Source: Candidatus Moraniibacteriota bacterium (GTDB lineage: Bacteria; Patescibacteriota; Minisyncoccia; Moranbacterales; UBA2206). From it: DNA of 64,000 bases. Position numbers and translations under genes: made by a program. Numbering within the stretch: position 1 is the first letter of the stretch; the number at the start of each line of letters is the position of its first letter. Of this stretch, positions 9,932-19,764 are shown piece after piece. Location: NCBI GenBank assembly GCA_003543115.1, contig DPJH01000036.1:9182-73181 (forward strand). Reading direction: 5' to 3'. The notes beneath the pieces were generated by a model. That model had not been told where the DNA came from. It did not search any database and saw only the letters and a list, made by a program, of their open reading frames with translations.

Positions 9932-10185
9932 AGTTAATAAGAAACGGGTGATTTTTATCCTCCGTTTTTTATGTTTTAAAACCCCACACCAATTCCTGTT
10001 AATAAATTTTAATTGGAAGTGGCGTGGGGGCTAAAAACAAAAATAAAAATAAAAACAAATAAAGCAGCCTGCGCAAGCAGAATCAAAAAAACAAGGCTAG
10101 GTATTCCTTGCCTTAGGCCCAGAAGTTAATCTTCGAGGGTTCTAAATAAAAAGCGCCTCTCAATAAAATGGAGGCTGCTTTTTTT
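9932..10185 (+). ncRNA. Candidate structured ncRNA (~250 nt), family unknown
   Basis: Bounded by the promoter above and a stem plus U-run; no ORF; several hairpins including CTGC-GCAA-GCAG (GNRA tetraloop). Confidence 0.5.
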
Positions 10186-10462
10186 ATATTTTTATTTTAT
10201 CTATCGCCTTGCCGCCTATTTCACTGTTAATTTTCCTTACTATTTTATCTCTATTAAGCCATAATTCAGAAGACCAGACGGAGCTGTTGGATTTTATAAA
10301 AATAGTCTTGTCTTTGTAATATTCCGGGCGCAAATTAGCCAGGCCAATATTCCCAAACTCTTCTTTGATTATTTTTTTAAAAATAAAAAAAATAGTCTTG
10401 TCGTCAAGATTTTTTACTTGAAAAACATTCTTTTGGGATAAATAGCTCTTAATTAATTTCAT
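10184..10462 (-). CDS. dciA: DUF721/DciA-like protein
   Basis: 92 aa, KH-like pattern (IFIKSNSSVWSSELWLNRDKIVRKIN) directly downstream of dnaN. Confidence 0.65.
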   Translation of the reverse strand: MKLIKSYLSQKNVFQVKNLDDKTIFFIFKKIIKEEFGNIGLANLRPEYYKDKTIFIKSNSSVWSSELWLNRDKIVRKINSEIGGKAIDKIKI

Positions 10463-10463
10463 C

Positions 10464-11618
10464 CTATCCTTTTATTGGCATTACAATATATATATATTCA
10501 TCTAAAACTTCTCCTGTTTTTTCATTTATCTCCTTAATAGCCACCGGGGAAGATTCATTGTTTAATAAAATTGCCACCTTGCCGGTTCCAATAATATTTA
10601 TTCCATCTAAAAGGTATTTTGAGTTAAAAACTACTTCTTGAGATGGCCCTACGATGTCTACCATAAGCTCTGTTGAATTTTCTCCACACTCTACGCTTCT
10701 CGCTTCAATAAAAAACTTTTCTGCCTCAGAATCGATTTTAAAAACGATCTCGCTATTTTTAGTTTTGGAAAAAACGCTCGACATTTTTATTGCTCCTTGA
10801 ATAGTACTTTTTTCACCCACAACCCTTGTTTGAAATTCCTTAGGCATTATATGTTTATATTCAGGATATTTCCCATTAATAAGCCTTGATACAATATTAA
10901 CCCCATTAATCTCAAAAAATATCTGTCCATCCTCTATGGCTATATTTATTTCTTCATCTATTTCACTGTTTATGATACGAGCTATTTCTGATAGTGTATT
11001 GGCAGGTATAATTATGCTGTCTTTTTTAGAGATAAAATCAAGATAACCATCTTTTATATTACCCTCTTCCAATAAAAATTTATTTTCTACCAATCGAAAA
11101 CTGTCAGTAGAGGCAAAATATAATTCATTTTCTTTAAAAATAAGATTTATCCCTGTTAATTCTTGTCTAGTTTCATTAAAAGCCACGCAGCTAATAACCT
11201 TGTTTATTATATTTTTTAATTTAATACTAGAAAGAGTTAATATATAATCACTATTTTTCCTTGGCAAAAGAGGAAAATCATCTGCCATCAATCCTTTTAT
11301 TATTGCTTTAGATGTACCACTTTTTATTTTTAAATTCTGATTATCCACCTCTATATTAATATTTTCTCCAGAAGGAAGATTATTTATAAAATTACTTATA
11401 AGTTTTGCAGGAATTGTAATTTTTCCTTCCTTTTCAATTTTAGCTCCTATTTGTTTAGAAATACCTATTTCCAAATTTGTAGCGGATATTTTCAAAACAC
11501 CATTTTCTGTCTCAAATAATATATTATTCAAAATAGGCAATGTGTTTTGTTTAGAAACTACCCTTTCTGAATTTAGAATAGCTTTTTTGAATTTTTCTTG
11601 AGTGCATGTAAGTTTCAT
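10464..11618 (-). CDS. dnaN: DNA polymerase III beta clamp
   Basis: LPILNN, ATNLEI, STDSFRL, GKYPEY, FNSKYL, VMPI. Confidence 0.97.
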   Translation of the reverse strand: MKLTCTQEKFKKAILNSERVVSKQNTLPILNNILFETENGVLKISATNLEIGISKQIGAKIEKEGKITIPAKLISNFINNLPSGENINIEVDNQNLKIKSGTSKAIIKGLMADDFPLLPRKNSDYILTLSSIKLKNIINKVISCVAFNETRQELTGINLIFKENELYFASTDSFRLVENKFLLEEGNIKDGYLDFISKKDSIIIPANTLSEIARIINSEIDEEINIAIEDGQIFFEINGVNIVSRLINGKYPEYKHIMPKEFQTRVVGEKSTIQGAIKMSSVFSKTKNSEIVFKIDSEAEKFFIEARSVECGENSTELMVDIVGPSQEVVFNSKYLLDGINIIGTGKVAILLNNESSPVAIKEINEKTGEVLDEYIYIVMPIKG

Positions 11619-11890
11619 AATATTAGATATATAATATATTATTTAAATATATATAAATAAATAGTTATTATATATAGAAAACAAAATTGTTAATAAGTCT
11701 ATTTTATGGCTATAATAAAGTATTTTATCTGTGGATATTGGTGTGGATAACTAAATGATTTGGTTTATTATAAAAAGGAGTTATTTTTTAAATTTCTATA
11801 AATCACTTAATTCTAAACACCTAATCAGTCAAATACTAGAGGTTTATTTATAGGGAATAGAGAGGAAAAAAACAACTTATCCACAAGTTA
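11619..11890. other. oriC, dnaA-dnaN part: DnaA boxes and AT-rich unwinding element
   Basis: TGTGGATAT 11730-11738, TGTGGATAA 11742-11750, TTATCCACA 11877-11885, degenerate TGTTAATAA 11688-11696; almost pure AT at 11619-11680. Confidence 0.85.
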
Positions 11891-13267
11891 TCAAGTAATC
11901 TTATATAACCTTTCCTTTATAAGGGTTATTTCTTCTATTAATTTATCATTATTTTTTAATTCTCTGGTTATTTTATTACAAGCATGAATAGTTGTTGTGT
12001 GGTCTCTTCCTCCTAATTTTTCTCCTATTCCCGGAAAAGAATATTCTAATTCGCTTCTCATAAGATACATCGCGATTTGTCGTGGCTTAACAACCTCTTT
12101 TTTTCTATTTTTAATAATCAGATCATTTGGGTTTATATCATAAAAAGACGAGACAATATTGATAATATGTTTATGGTTGATGCCTTTTTTCTTTCCACTG
12201 GTAATAAGTTCTGATAGAAGGGTTGAAACATATTCTAAAGAAGGCTCTTTTCCGCTTAATTGAGAGGAGACCATAACTCTATTAAAAGCTCCTTCAAGTT
12301 CACGAATATTATTAGTTATGTTTTCAGCTATAAAGCTTAATGTTTCACTGGGAATATTAAAATTTTCATCACGAGATTTCTTGCTTAATATAGCCATTCT
12401 TGTTTCAAAATCAGCTTTTGAAACATCAGCAATCATGCCTCCTTCAAAACGTGAACGCAATCTTTCTTCTAGGGTTGGAATAGCTTTTGGAGCTCTATCG
12501 CTGCTTAAAACAATTTGTTTGTTAAGTTGGTATAAATAATTAAAAATATGGAAAAATTCCTCCTGCGTTTTTTCTTTTCCAGATAAAAACTGAACGTCAT
12601 CTATAATCAAAAGATCTATTTTTTGATAATGCTCCTTGAAATCATTTACCTTTTGTGTTCTAATAGAATCTATAAGTTCACTTGTAAAGCGCTCTGAAGT
12701 TATATATTTTACTTTTCTAGAGGGATTTTTTTGTAATATTTCATTGCCAATAGATTGAAGAAGATGTGTTTTTCCAAGTCCCACGCCTCCGTAAATAAAC
12801 AAAGGATTGTAAATTCTGCCTAGATTTTGAGAAACAGCGTAACAAGCAGCCTTAGCAAGCTCATTGCTTGATCCGACTATAAAATTTTCAAAAGTATATT
12901 TAGGATTAAGATTATTTTCTTGGCTTATGGTAAGGGTTTTTTTAATGAGAGGCTTATTTAAGATAATTTTCTTTGGAGGTTGAATAGCATCCACCCTGTT
13001 CTCTGAAAAAGAAGTATCATCGCTTGTTTTTATAGAACAAACAACCTCTCGTATGTTGTTTTGGGTATTGCGGAGAGCTTTAAGAATATATAGATTATAT
13101 TTATTCTCCAGCCATTCTTTAGCAAATCCATTTGGAACGCCAATAACAACCCTTCCATTTTCACTGGAAAGGATAGAAGTGTTTTTAAACCACGTAATAA
13201 AATTAGCTTTCGAAATTGAAAGTTCTATTTCCCCCAAAGCAGCCCTCCAAAGCTCTTCATTAGTCAT
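11891..13267 (-). CDS. dnaA: Chromosomal replication initiator DnaA
   Basis: YNPLFIYGGVGLGKTHL, LIIDDVQF, RLRSRF, NIRELEG, GGRDHTT. Confidence 0.98.
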   Translation of the reverse strand: MTNEELWRAALGEIELSISKANFITWFKNTSILSSENGRVVIGVPNGFAKEWLENKYNLYILKALRNTQNNIREVVCSIKTSDDTSFSENRVDAIQPPKKIILNKPLIKKTLTISQENNLNPKYTFENFIVGSSNELAKAACYAVSQNLGRIYNPLFIYGGVGLGKTHLLQSIGNEILQKNPSRKVKYITSERFTSELIDSIRTQKVNDFKEHYQKIDLLIIDDVQFLSGKEKTQEEFFHIFNYLYQLNKQIVLSSDRAPKAIPTLEERLRSRFEGGMIADVSKADFETRMAILSKKSRDENFNIPSETLSFIAENITNNIRELEGAFNRVMVSSQLSGKEPSLEYVSTLLSELITSGKKKGINHKHIINIVSSFYDINPNDLIIKNRKKEVVKPRQIAMYLMRSELEYSFPGIGEKLGGRDHTTTIHACNKITRELKNNDKLIEEITLIKERLYKIT

Positions 13268-13340
13268 GGTGTGATATTAATAAGAAAGATTCGTTATAAA
13301 AATAATTATATCATGCAAAAAAACAGATGTCTAAGCAAAA

Positions 13341-13375
13341 TGTGGATAAAGGTGTGGATAAGCTGTTGTTAATAA
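13341..13375. promoter_or_regulatory. DnaA boxes upstream of dnaA (autoregulation or second part of oriC)
   Basis: TGTGGATAA at 13341-13349 and 13353-13361; TGTTAATAA at 13367-13375. Confidence 0.8.
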
Positions 13376-13462
13376 GAAATAATCATAAATATATGTTCAT
13401 TATAGAATAGGATGGTAAAAAAGCAAATGGGAATAATTTAAATAAAAAGATAAAGCATATAA

Positions 13463-13491
13463 TTGACTTTAGTAGAATTAATTGATAAACT
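13463..13491 (+). promoter_or_regulatory. Sigma70 promoter of the rpmH operon
   Basis: TTGACT-17 bp-TAAACT. Confidence 0.55.
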
Positions 13492-13530
13492 TCTAATTAT
13501 TCAAAATAATAAAGAATATAATATATAAGT

Positions 13531-13668
13531 ATGAGTCAAACATATCAACCATCCAGTACTAGAAGAAAAAGAAGACATGGGTTTCGCAAAAAAAATGAAA
13601 CTGCTTCTGGCCAAGCTGTGCTGAAAAGAAGGAGAAATAAGGGAAGAAAAAATCTGACCACCGTTTAA
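13531..13668 (+). CDS. rpmH: 50S ribosomal protein L34 (not in the ORF track)
   Basis: [45 protein letters not shown]; canonical position before rnpA. Confidence 0.95.
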   Translation: MSQTYQPSSTRRKRRHGFRKKNETASGQAVLKRRRNKGRKNLTTV

Positions 13669-13697
13669 GGTGAATTAATTCATTCGAGTTCATAATA

Positions 13698-14054
13698 ATG
13701 CTTCCTTTTAAAAATCGCCTAACTAAAAAAAAGGACCACGAAAAAGTTCAAAAACTAGGATATTTTGTTTCTTTAGGCAATATAGCTATAAAGAGCTTAA
13801 AGAATGACTTAAAGGAGACAAGGATAGGTATTGTAGTTGGTCTTAAATTTTCTAAAAAATCCACAGAAAGAAATCAGGTAAAAAGAATTTTACGTGATAT
13901 TGTTCATACTGAGCTGAAAAACATAGAAAAAGGATGGGATGTCGTTATTATGGCCAGAAAAAGAGAGGAAGAAAAAAGCAAAAATATTAATTTCAAAAAA
14001 AATATGTTGGCTGTCCTTGAAAAAGGAAAGCTATTATTAAATAAAAAATCTTAA
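13698..14054 (+). CDS. rnpA: RNase P protein component
   Basis: RIGIVVG, KKSTERNQVKR (RNR-like motif); synteny. Confidence 0.9.
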   Translation: MLPFKNRLTKKKDHEKVQKLGYFVSLGNIAIKSLKNDLKETRIGIVVGLKFSKKSTERNQVKRILRDIVHTELKNIEKGWDVVIMARKREEEKSKNINFKKNMLAVLEKGKLLLNKKS

Positions 14055-14066
14055 ATAAATAAAAAA

Positions 14067-14840
14067 ATGTCTTTTTTGTTCCACGTGTTTGTTTATCAAC
14101 CAATTTATAATCTGCTGATTTTTGTTTATAATATTATACCTGATTTTGGAGTGGCAATAATATTCAGCACTATTGTGGTGAAGTTTTTTCTTATCCCATT
14201 AAGCAAAAAACAAATAGAATCACAAAAGAAAATGCAAGAATTGCAACCAAAAATAAAGGAAATTCAGATAAAATATAAAAAAGATAAAGAAAAACAAAGC
14301 CGTGCAATGATGGAATTATATAAGGAAAGCAAGACCAATCCATTTTCCGGGTGTTTGCCTATGATTGTGCAATTAATTTTTTTAATAGCTATTTACAGGG
14401 TTTTATTCAATATTTCCACAGCCGGATTGGTGGTTAATCAGTCTGATTTATATTCTTTTGTTGCTAACCCAGGACAAATCAATAAAATGTTTTTAAGTTT
14501 GGTTGACTTGGCGGCGGCTATTGATTTCTCTAATATAACCATACAGAGCATGCCGCACATAATATTGGTTGTTTTAGCGGCAGCAGCTCAATTTATTCAG
14601 ACAAAAATGTTGATGAATAAAAGCCCAATTAAAACCAATAAAAATGAAGAACCGGATTTTTCAGAAATAATGACCAAGCAAATGCTTTTTCTTGGGCCCC
14701 TCCTAACTCTTTTTATTGGAATAAAGTTTCCGGCAGGACTTGCTTTATATTGGCTAGTTTCTACTTTGTTTATGGTGATACAGCAAGTATATATGGAAGT
14801 AAGAGCTAAAAAAACGGATAGTTTAAAAGTTAATAGCTAA
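14067..14840 (+). CDS. yidC: Membrane insertase YidC (short form)
   Basis: MQELQPKI, NPFSGCLP, PAGLALYW. Confidence 0.93.
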   Translation: MSFLFHVFVYQPIYNLLIFVYNIIPDFGVAIIFSTIVVKFFLIPLSKKQIESQKKMQELQPKIKEIQIKYKKDKEKQSRAMMELYKESKTNPFSGCLPMIVQLIFLIAIYRVLFNISTAGLVVNQSDLYSFVANPGQINKMFLSLVDLAAAIDFSNITIQSMPHIILVVLAAAAQFIQTKMLMNKSPIKTNKNEEPDFSEIMTKQMLFLGPLLTLFIGIKFPAGLALYWLVSTLFMVIQQVYMEVRAKKTDSLKVNS

Positions 14841-14851
14841 GTTTTAAATAT

Positions 14852-15340
14852 ATGGAAAAAAAAGAAATTAAACTGGAAGATCTAATAAAGGAAATAGTAC
14901 TTGAATTATTACAAAAAATGGGATTTTCTTGTGAAATTGAAATCATTAGGGAAAAAGACGTGGAACAGGAAAGAGAAAACTTGATTTGCAATATTAAAAC
15001 CGAAGAGTCTAATTTTTTAATTGGCCAATATGGAGTTAATTTGCAGTCACTTCAGCATATCGCTCGAGTTTTAGTAAGGCAAAAAACGGAAGAAAGGACA
15101 AATTTTATTTTAGATGTTAATTCATATCGCAAGGAAAAAAATTCTTCCATAATAAATTTAGCCAGGAGCACTGCGCAGCAAGTGATACAGGAAAGGCGGC
15201 CGATAGTTCTTCGACCGATGTCTCCTTATGAGCGAAGATTGGTCCATATGGAGCTTGCTAAAAATACAGCCGTTATAACTGAAAGCACAGGAGAGGGCAA
15301 TGAAAGAAAAATTATAGTTAAGCCAGTGAATATTATATAA
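14852..15340 (+). CDS. jag: Jag/EloR-like KH-R3H RNA-binding protein
   Basis: LIGQYGVNLQSLQ; PMSPYERRLVH (R3H). Confidence 0.88.
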   Translation: MEKKEIKLEDLIKEIVLELLQKMGFSCEIEIIREKDVEQERENLICNIKTEESNFLIGQYGVNLQSLQHIARVLVRQKTEERTNFILDVNSYRKEKNSSIINLARSTAQQVIQERRPIVLRPMSPYERRLVHMELAKNTAVITESTGEGNERKIIVKPVNII

Positions 15341-15420
15341 GGAAACAAAACTGATTTTAGAAATTAGTTGCAGTTTATAATCAAAGCTCATTTATTATTT
15401 TCAAAAATAGAAATTAATAA

Positions 15421-16860
15421 TTGAGAGTTGATAATTTTAAAGTTATGGTTGTTGCTCGAAAAATAGCCTACAATGTTTTTGTTAGTAGTTTAACCAAGGT
15501 TCTATCTACTGTTCTAGCTTTGGTTTCTATTGGATTTATCACCAGATATCTAGGCAGAGAAGGGTTTGGAAATTACGCCACTGTGTTGGCGTTTTTATCT
15601 TTTTTCGCTGCTATTGCTGATTTGGGTCTTTATTCAATTGCTACCAGAGAGATATCCAGAGATGGAGCGGATGAAGAAAAGATATTGGGAAATATTTTTT
15701 CAATTAGGCTATTTTCGAGCTTGTTGGTGTTTATAATATCGCCAGTAGTAATTTATTTTTTCGATTATCCTGATGAGGTTAAGCGGGGCATTCTTATAAT
15801 AGCAGCTTCTTTTATTTTTTCTTCGAGCTATCAGATCCTTAATGGAATTTTTCAAAAGAATTTGGCTATGGACAGGGTGGCTATGAGTGAGCTGGCGGGA
15901 AAAATATTTCAAGTAGCCTTTGTGATACTAGCAATAAAACTAAGACTAGGTTTTGACTGGATAATCGGGGCATTGCTAATAAATATGATAATCAATTTTA
16001 TAATAATTTATTTTTTAGCAAAAAAATACGTTAGAATAAGGCTTCAATTTGACTTTTTCTATTGGAAGTCTTTTTTAAAGAAATCTCTTCCTATGGGAAT
16101 AGCAGCTATAGTGGTTTTTGTTTACTTTAAAATAGACACTATTCTTCTCTCCGTTATGAAAAGCAGCTCGGATGTGGGCATTTACAATGTTGCTTATAAG
16201 GTTTTGGAGAATATTACTTTTTTCCCGGCTATGATAGTGGGGTTGGTCATGCCTATCATGTCAAAGAATATTTTTTCCAATAAAGAAAAGTTTTTAGATG
16301 TTTCCAATAAAACATTTAAAGTCTTCTTTCTTTTGATAGTTCCTTTGATCGTAGGTGTTTTATTTTTGGCAGAAGATATTATTAGGCTTATTGGAGGCGA
16401 GGGATTTTCGGAATCTGTTGGAGTTTTGCGGATATTGGTTTTTGCCTTGGCTCTAATTTTCTTTGGGCAGTTGTTTAATATCATTCTTGTAGTAGGGAAC
16501 TTGCAGAAAAAATTGATGTGGGCGTTGGCAATTGCGGCGACATTCAACATTGTTTCTAATTTAATTTTCATTCCTGAATATTCTTACATAGGATCTTCCT
16601 ACATCTCTGTTGCTACAGAGCTTTTGGTGGTATTATTAACGGGCTACATATCTATCAGAGAAATAAGGTTTTTGCCTAAGACAGAGGGCTTTTTAAGAAT
16701 AGCAATAGCGGGCTCTCTAATGGCGGGATTTTTATATGTTTTTAAGTCCTTAAATTTTTTCATATTAGCCTTAGGAAGCGCCTTGGTTTATTTTGTTTTC
16801 TTATGGATATTTAAGGCTATTAAAACAGAGGAAATAATGAGTTTGATTGCTAAAAAATAA
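15421..16860 (+). CDS. Wzx-like polysaccharide flippase (start may be ATG 15445)
   Basis: Multi-TM; RYLGREGFG, DLGL, IDTILL, VGIYNVAY. Confidence 0.88.
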   Translation: MRVDNFKVMVVARKIAYNVFVSSLTKVLSTVLALVSIGFITRYLGREGFGNYATVLAFLSFFAAIADLGLYSIATREISRDGADEEKILGNIFSIRLFSSLLVFIISPVVIYFFDYPDEVKRGILIIAASFIFSSSYQILNGIFQKNLAMDRVAMSELAGKIFQVAFVILAIKLRLGFDWIIGALLINMIINFIIIYFLAKKYVRIRLQFDFFYWKSFLKKSLPMGIAAIVVFVYFKIDTILLSVMKSSSDVGIYNVAYKVLENITFFPAMIVGLVMPIMSKNIFSNKEKFLDVSNKTFKVFFLLIVPLIVGVLFLAEDIIRLIGGEGFSESVGVLRILVFALALIFFGQLFNIILVVGNLQKKLMWALAIAATFNIVSNLIFIPEYSYIGSSYISVATELLVVLLTGYISIREIRFLPKTEGFLRIAIAGSLMAGFLYVFKSLNFFILALGSALVYFVFLWIFKAIKTEEIMSLIAKK

Positions 16861-16875
16861 TAATCTATTTAAATT

Positions 16876-17739
16876 ATGTCTACCCAGCCCAAGGTTTTTA
16901 TTGTCGTTTTAAATTATAACGGCAAAGACGTTATAAAAAAATGTTTAGCCAGTGTTTTTAAGCTGGACTATTCTAATTTTGAAGTGGTGTTTGTTGATAA
17001 TAATTCTAAAGACGGATCTTTGGAGCTGGCCAAGAGCTGTTTTCCCAAGGCGCATTTTATAAAAAACGAGGAAAACTTCGGTTATGCTGCCGGAAATAAT
17101 GCGGGAATCAGGTTTTCTTTGGAGAGAATGGCTGATTACGTGTTGCTTTTGAACAATGATACGGAAGTAGAAAATGATTTTTTAGCAAAGTTGATAGAGG
17201 TGGCTGAAAGTGATAATAAAATAGGCCTTATCAGCCCTATTATTTTTGAGGGAAAAACGAAAAAAGTTTGGTTTTCAGGAGGTGAAATATTATGGAGAAA
17301 AATGAGCAATTTGCACAAAAAAGACATAGAAAACAAGGATTATTATGATTCGGATTTTATAACTGGTTGCAGCATGTTGGTTAAGTCGGGTGTTTTTAAA
17401 AAAATAGGCTTGTTGGACGAAGATTATTTTTTATATTGGGAAGATGCAGATTTTAGCTTAAGGGCAAAGAAAGGGGGTTTTAGAAATGTGGTTGTGTCTT
17501 CTAGTCGAATATATCATTTTGAAGCAAGTGAAAAAAATAAGGAGAACAAAATTTATTGGCTGGTAATATCAGGACTGATATTTTTTAAAAAAAACACTCC
17601 CTGGAATAAAAAATATTGGGTGAAAACCTATCTTTTAATGAGAAAAGCGAAAAACTTATGGGATGTGATGTTTAATAAAAATGAAATTGCCTTGACAGTA
17701 CAGAAAGCATATAAGGATTTTAAAAATGCCAAAATCTAA
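16876..17739 (+). CDS. GT2 glycosyltransferase
   Basis: VLNYNG, VDNNSKDGS, LLNNDT, YWEDADF. Confidence 0.9.
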   Translation: MSTQPKVFIVVLNYNGKDVIKKCLASVFKLDYSNFEVVFVDNNSKDGSLELAKSCFPKAHFIKNEENFGYAAGNNAGIRFSLERMADYVLLLNNDTEVENDFLAKLIEVAESDNKIGLISPIIFEGKTKKVWFSGGEILWRKMSNLHKKDIENKDYYDSDFITGCSMLVKSGVFKKIGLLDEDYFLYWEDADFSLRAKKGGFRNVVVSSSRIYHFEASEKNKENKIYWLVISGLIFFKKNTPWNKKYWVKTYLLMRKAKNLWDVMFNKNEIALTVQKAYKDFKNAKI

Positions 17740-18493
17740 AGAAATTAAACTATCAATAATAATCGTAAACTACAGGAGCGAACATTATCTAGATAAATGT
17801 TTAGCTTCTATTTATAGCAAGAGCGATTCAAAATATTTTGAAGTCATTATAGTGAATAATGATCAAGAGACTGAATTAAAAACAATAGAACAAAAATATA
17901 TCCACGCCAAAATATATAATTTAAAAAAAAATATCGGTTTTGGCAGGGCATGCAATTATGGAGCCGAGAAATCTACCGGATCAATATTCTTTTTTTTGAA
18001 TCCAGATACCCAATTCTTGAATAATTTCGTAGAATATATATTGGAGAAATTTTCAAAAAGCGAAGAAAAAATCGGAATAATCGGCCCTCGACTTTTGACG
18101 GATAACGGAGAAACTCAAATTTGGTGCACAGGAAAAGACTTGACTGTTGGACAAAGAATTAAGAATCATTTCTGGATAATTGAAAGTAAAGAAATTTGGG
18201 AAAGCAAGGAGGAACTTATAGTGGATTGGGTTAGCGGAGCTGCCTTAGCGATAAAAAATGAAGTTTTTAAAAAAATATACGGTTTTGATGAAAAGTTTTT
18301 CATGTATGGGGAGGATTTAGATTTGTGTGCAAGAGCGAGGGATTTGGGTTATAAAATATTGTATTGTCCTAAGATTTCTGTTTTGCATAGCGGAGGGAAA
18401 AGTAGAAAAAGTTTTTTTAGGCAAAAAATTCAATTTTTTAAATCCTCTTTATATTATATAAAGAAAAGAAGACAGCTAAATTTGAACAAATAG
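17726..18493 (+). CDS. GT2 glycosyltransferase
   Basis: IIIVNY, LNPDT, WVSGAAL, FDEKFFMYGEDLDLC. Confidence 0.9.
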   Translation: MPKSKEIKLSIIIVNYRSEHYLDKCLASIYSKSDSKYFEVIIVNNDQETELKTIEQKYIHAKIYNLKKNIGFGRACNYGAEKSTGSIFFFLNPDTQFLNNFVEYILEKFSKSEEKIGIIGPRLLTDNGETQIWCTGKDLTVGQRIKNHFWIIESKEIWESKEELIVDWVSGAALAIKNEVFKKIYGFDEKFFMYGEDLDLCARARDLGYKILYCPKISVLHSGGKSRKSFFRQKIQFFKSSLYYIKKRRQLNLNK

Positions 18494-18495
18494 AT

Positions 18496-19764
18496 ATGTA
18501 TCAGTTTCTTCTTGTTATGGTTCTATATTTGCCATTTCAATTGGCCATTAATCCTTGGCCAGGCATTGACTTGGCTTCAATTAGAATTTTGATCCTTGTT
18601 TTGTTTTTTTGGTGGTTGGCGCTAGGTCTAAAAAATAGAAAAATAGAAATTAATGACAATATGCAGACTTTTTTTGTTGTTTCTTTTTTATTTTTAAACT
18701 TTCTATCTCTTATAGCTGCCAGAAATGTTGACTGGTCCATAAGGAAGCTCCTTTTTCTCTTTTCTGTTTTCCCTGTTTATTTTGTGGCCAGCCAGATAAT
18801 TATAAACAAAAAGAGGTTATTAAAATTCATTACTGTTATTGTTTTTGGCGCTGCAGCGGCATCGGTTGTTGGTATTTTCCAGTTCTTTTCTCAGTTTGTC
18901 TTTGGGTTTAAGGCGGTGTACTCTTTTTGGGCTAATTTTGTGGTGCTTCCCTTTTTGGGCAGCAGTTTTGGAGAAGCGGTCTTAAAAAATCCCAGCTGGC
19001 TGGTTAATGTTTCAGGCAAAACATATTTGCGCGCCACTTCTATTTTCCCAGACCCTCATATGTTTTCTTTTTATTTGGGCTTGGTTTTGCCGTTGGCTTG
19101 CGGGATGTTTTTGTATGAAAAAAAAAGAAAAGCTTTTTTTCTGGCAGCGGCAATAATTATTTTTTTGGCGGATATTTTTACTTTTTCTCGTGGCGGATAT
19201 CTAGGCTTGTTTGGAGGATTTATCTTCATAAGCATCTTTTTTTGGAACAAGATACAAAAAAAATACAAAATAACTACAGGACTCTTTTTAATAGCGGCTT
19301 TTCTGGTTATGCTGGTTCCTTCACCGATCTCTCAAAGATTTTTGTCTAGTTTTAATACCAAGGAGGGTTCCAATATGGGAAGGATATTGATGTGGGAAAA
19401 AGCGATCGAGGTAATAGCGGACAATCCCGTTTTGGGCGTGGGTATCGGCAACTATCCGCTAGAAGTAAGCGCTGTTTCCACATATCGAGATCCTATCTAT
19501 GCGCATAACACATATTTGGATATTGCCGCTGAGACAGGCCTTTTGAATGCAATAATTTGGATATCATTGCTTGCTATGACCATGGTTAGTTTTTGGAAAA
19601 AATTTAAACAAGAACCCATATTTTTCTTTGCTCTGCTCAGTATGATTGTTTTTTCAATCCACTCCTTAGTAGAAACGGCTGTTTATTCTCCGGCAGTATT
19701 GACGCTTTTTTTATTGATAATAAGTTTTTCCCAGACAAAAATAAGCAATGAAAGAAATATTTAA
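18496..19764 (+). CDS. O-antigen ligase / Wzy_C family protein
   Basis: Multi-TM; TFSRGG, GRILMW, GVGIGNY, YAHNTYL. Confidence 0.85.
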   Translation: MYQFLLVMVLYLPFQLAINPWPGIDLASIRILILVLFFWWLALGLKNRKIEINDNMQTFFVVSFLFLNFLSLIAARNVDWSIRKLLFLFSVFPVYFVASQIIINKKRLLKFITVIVFGAAAASVVGIFQFFSQFVFGFKAVYSFWANFVVLPFLGSSFGEAVLKNPSWLVNVSGKTYLRATSIFPDPHMFSFYLGLVLPLACGMFLYEKKRKAFFLAAAIIIFLADIFTFSRGGYLGLFGGFIFISIFFWNKIQKKYKITTGLFLIAAFLVMLVPSPISQRFLSSFNTKEGSNMGRILMWEKAIEVIADNPVLGVGIGNYPLEVSAVSTYRDPIYAHNTYLDIAAETGLLNAIIWISLLAMTMVSFWKKFKQEPIFFFALLSMIVFSIHSLVETAVYSPAVLTLFLLIISFSQTKISNERNI

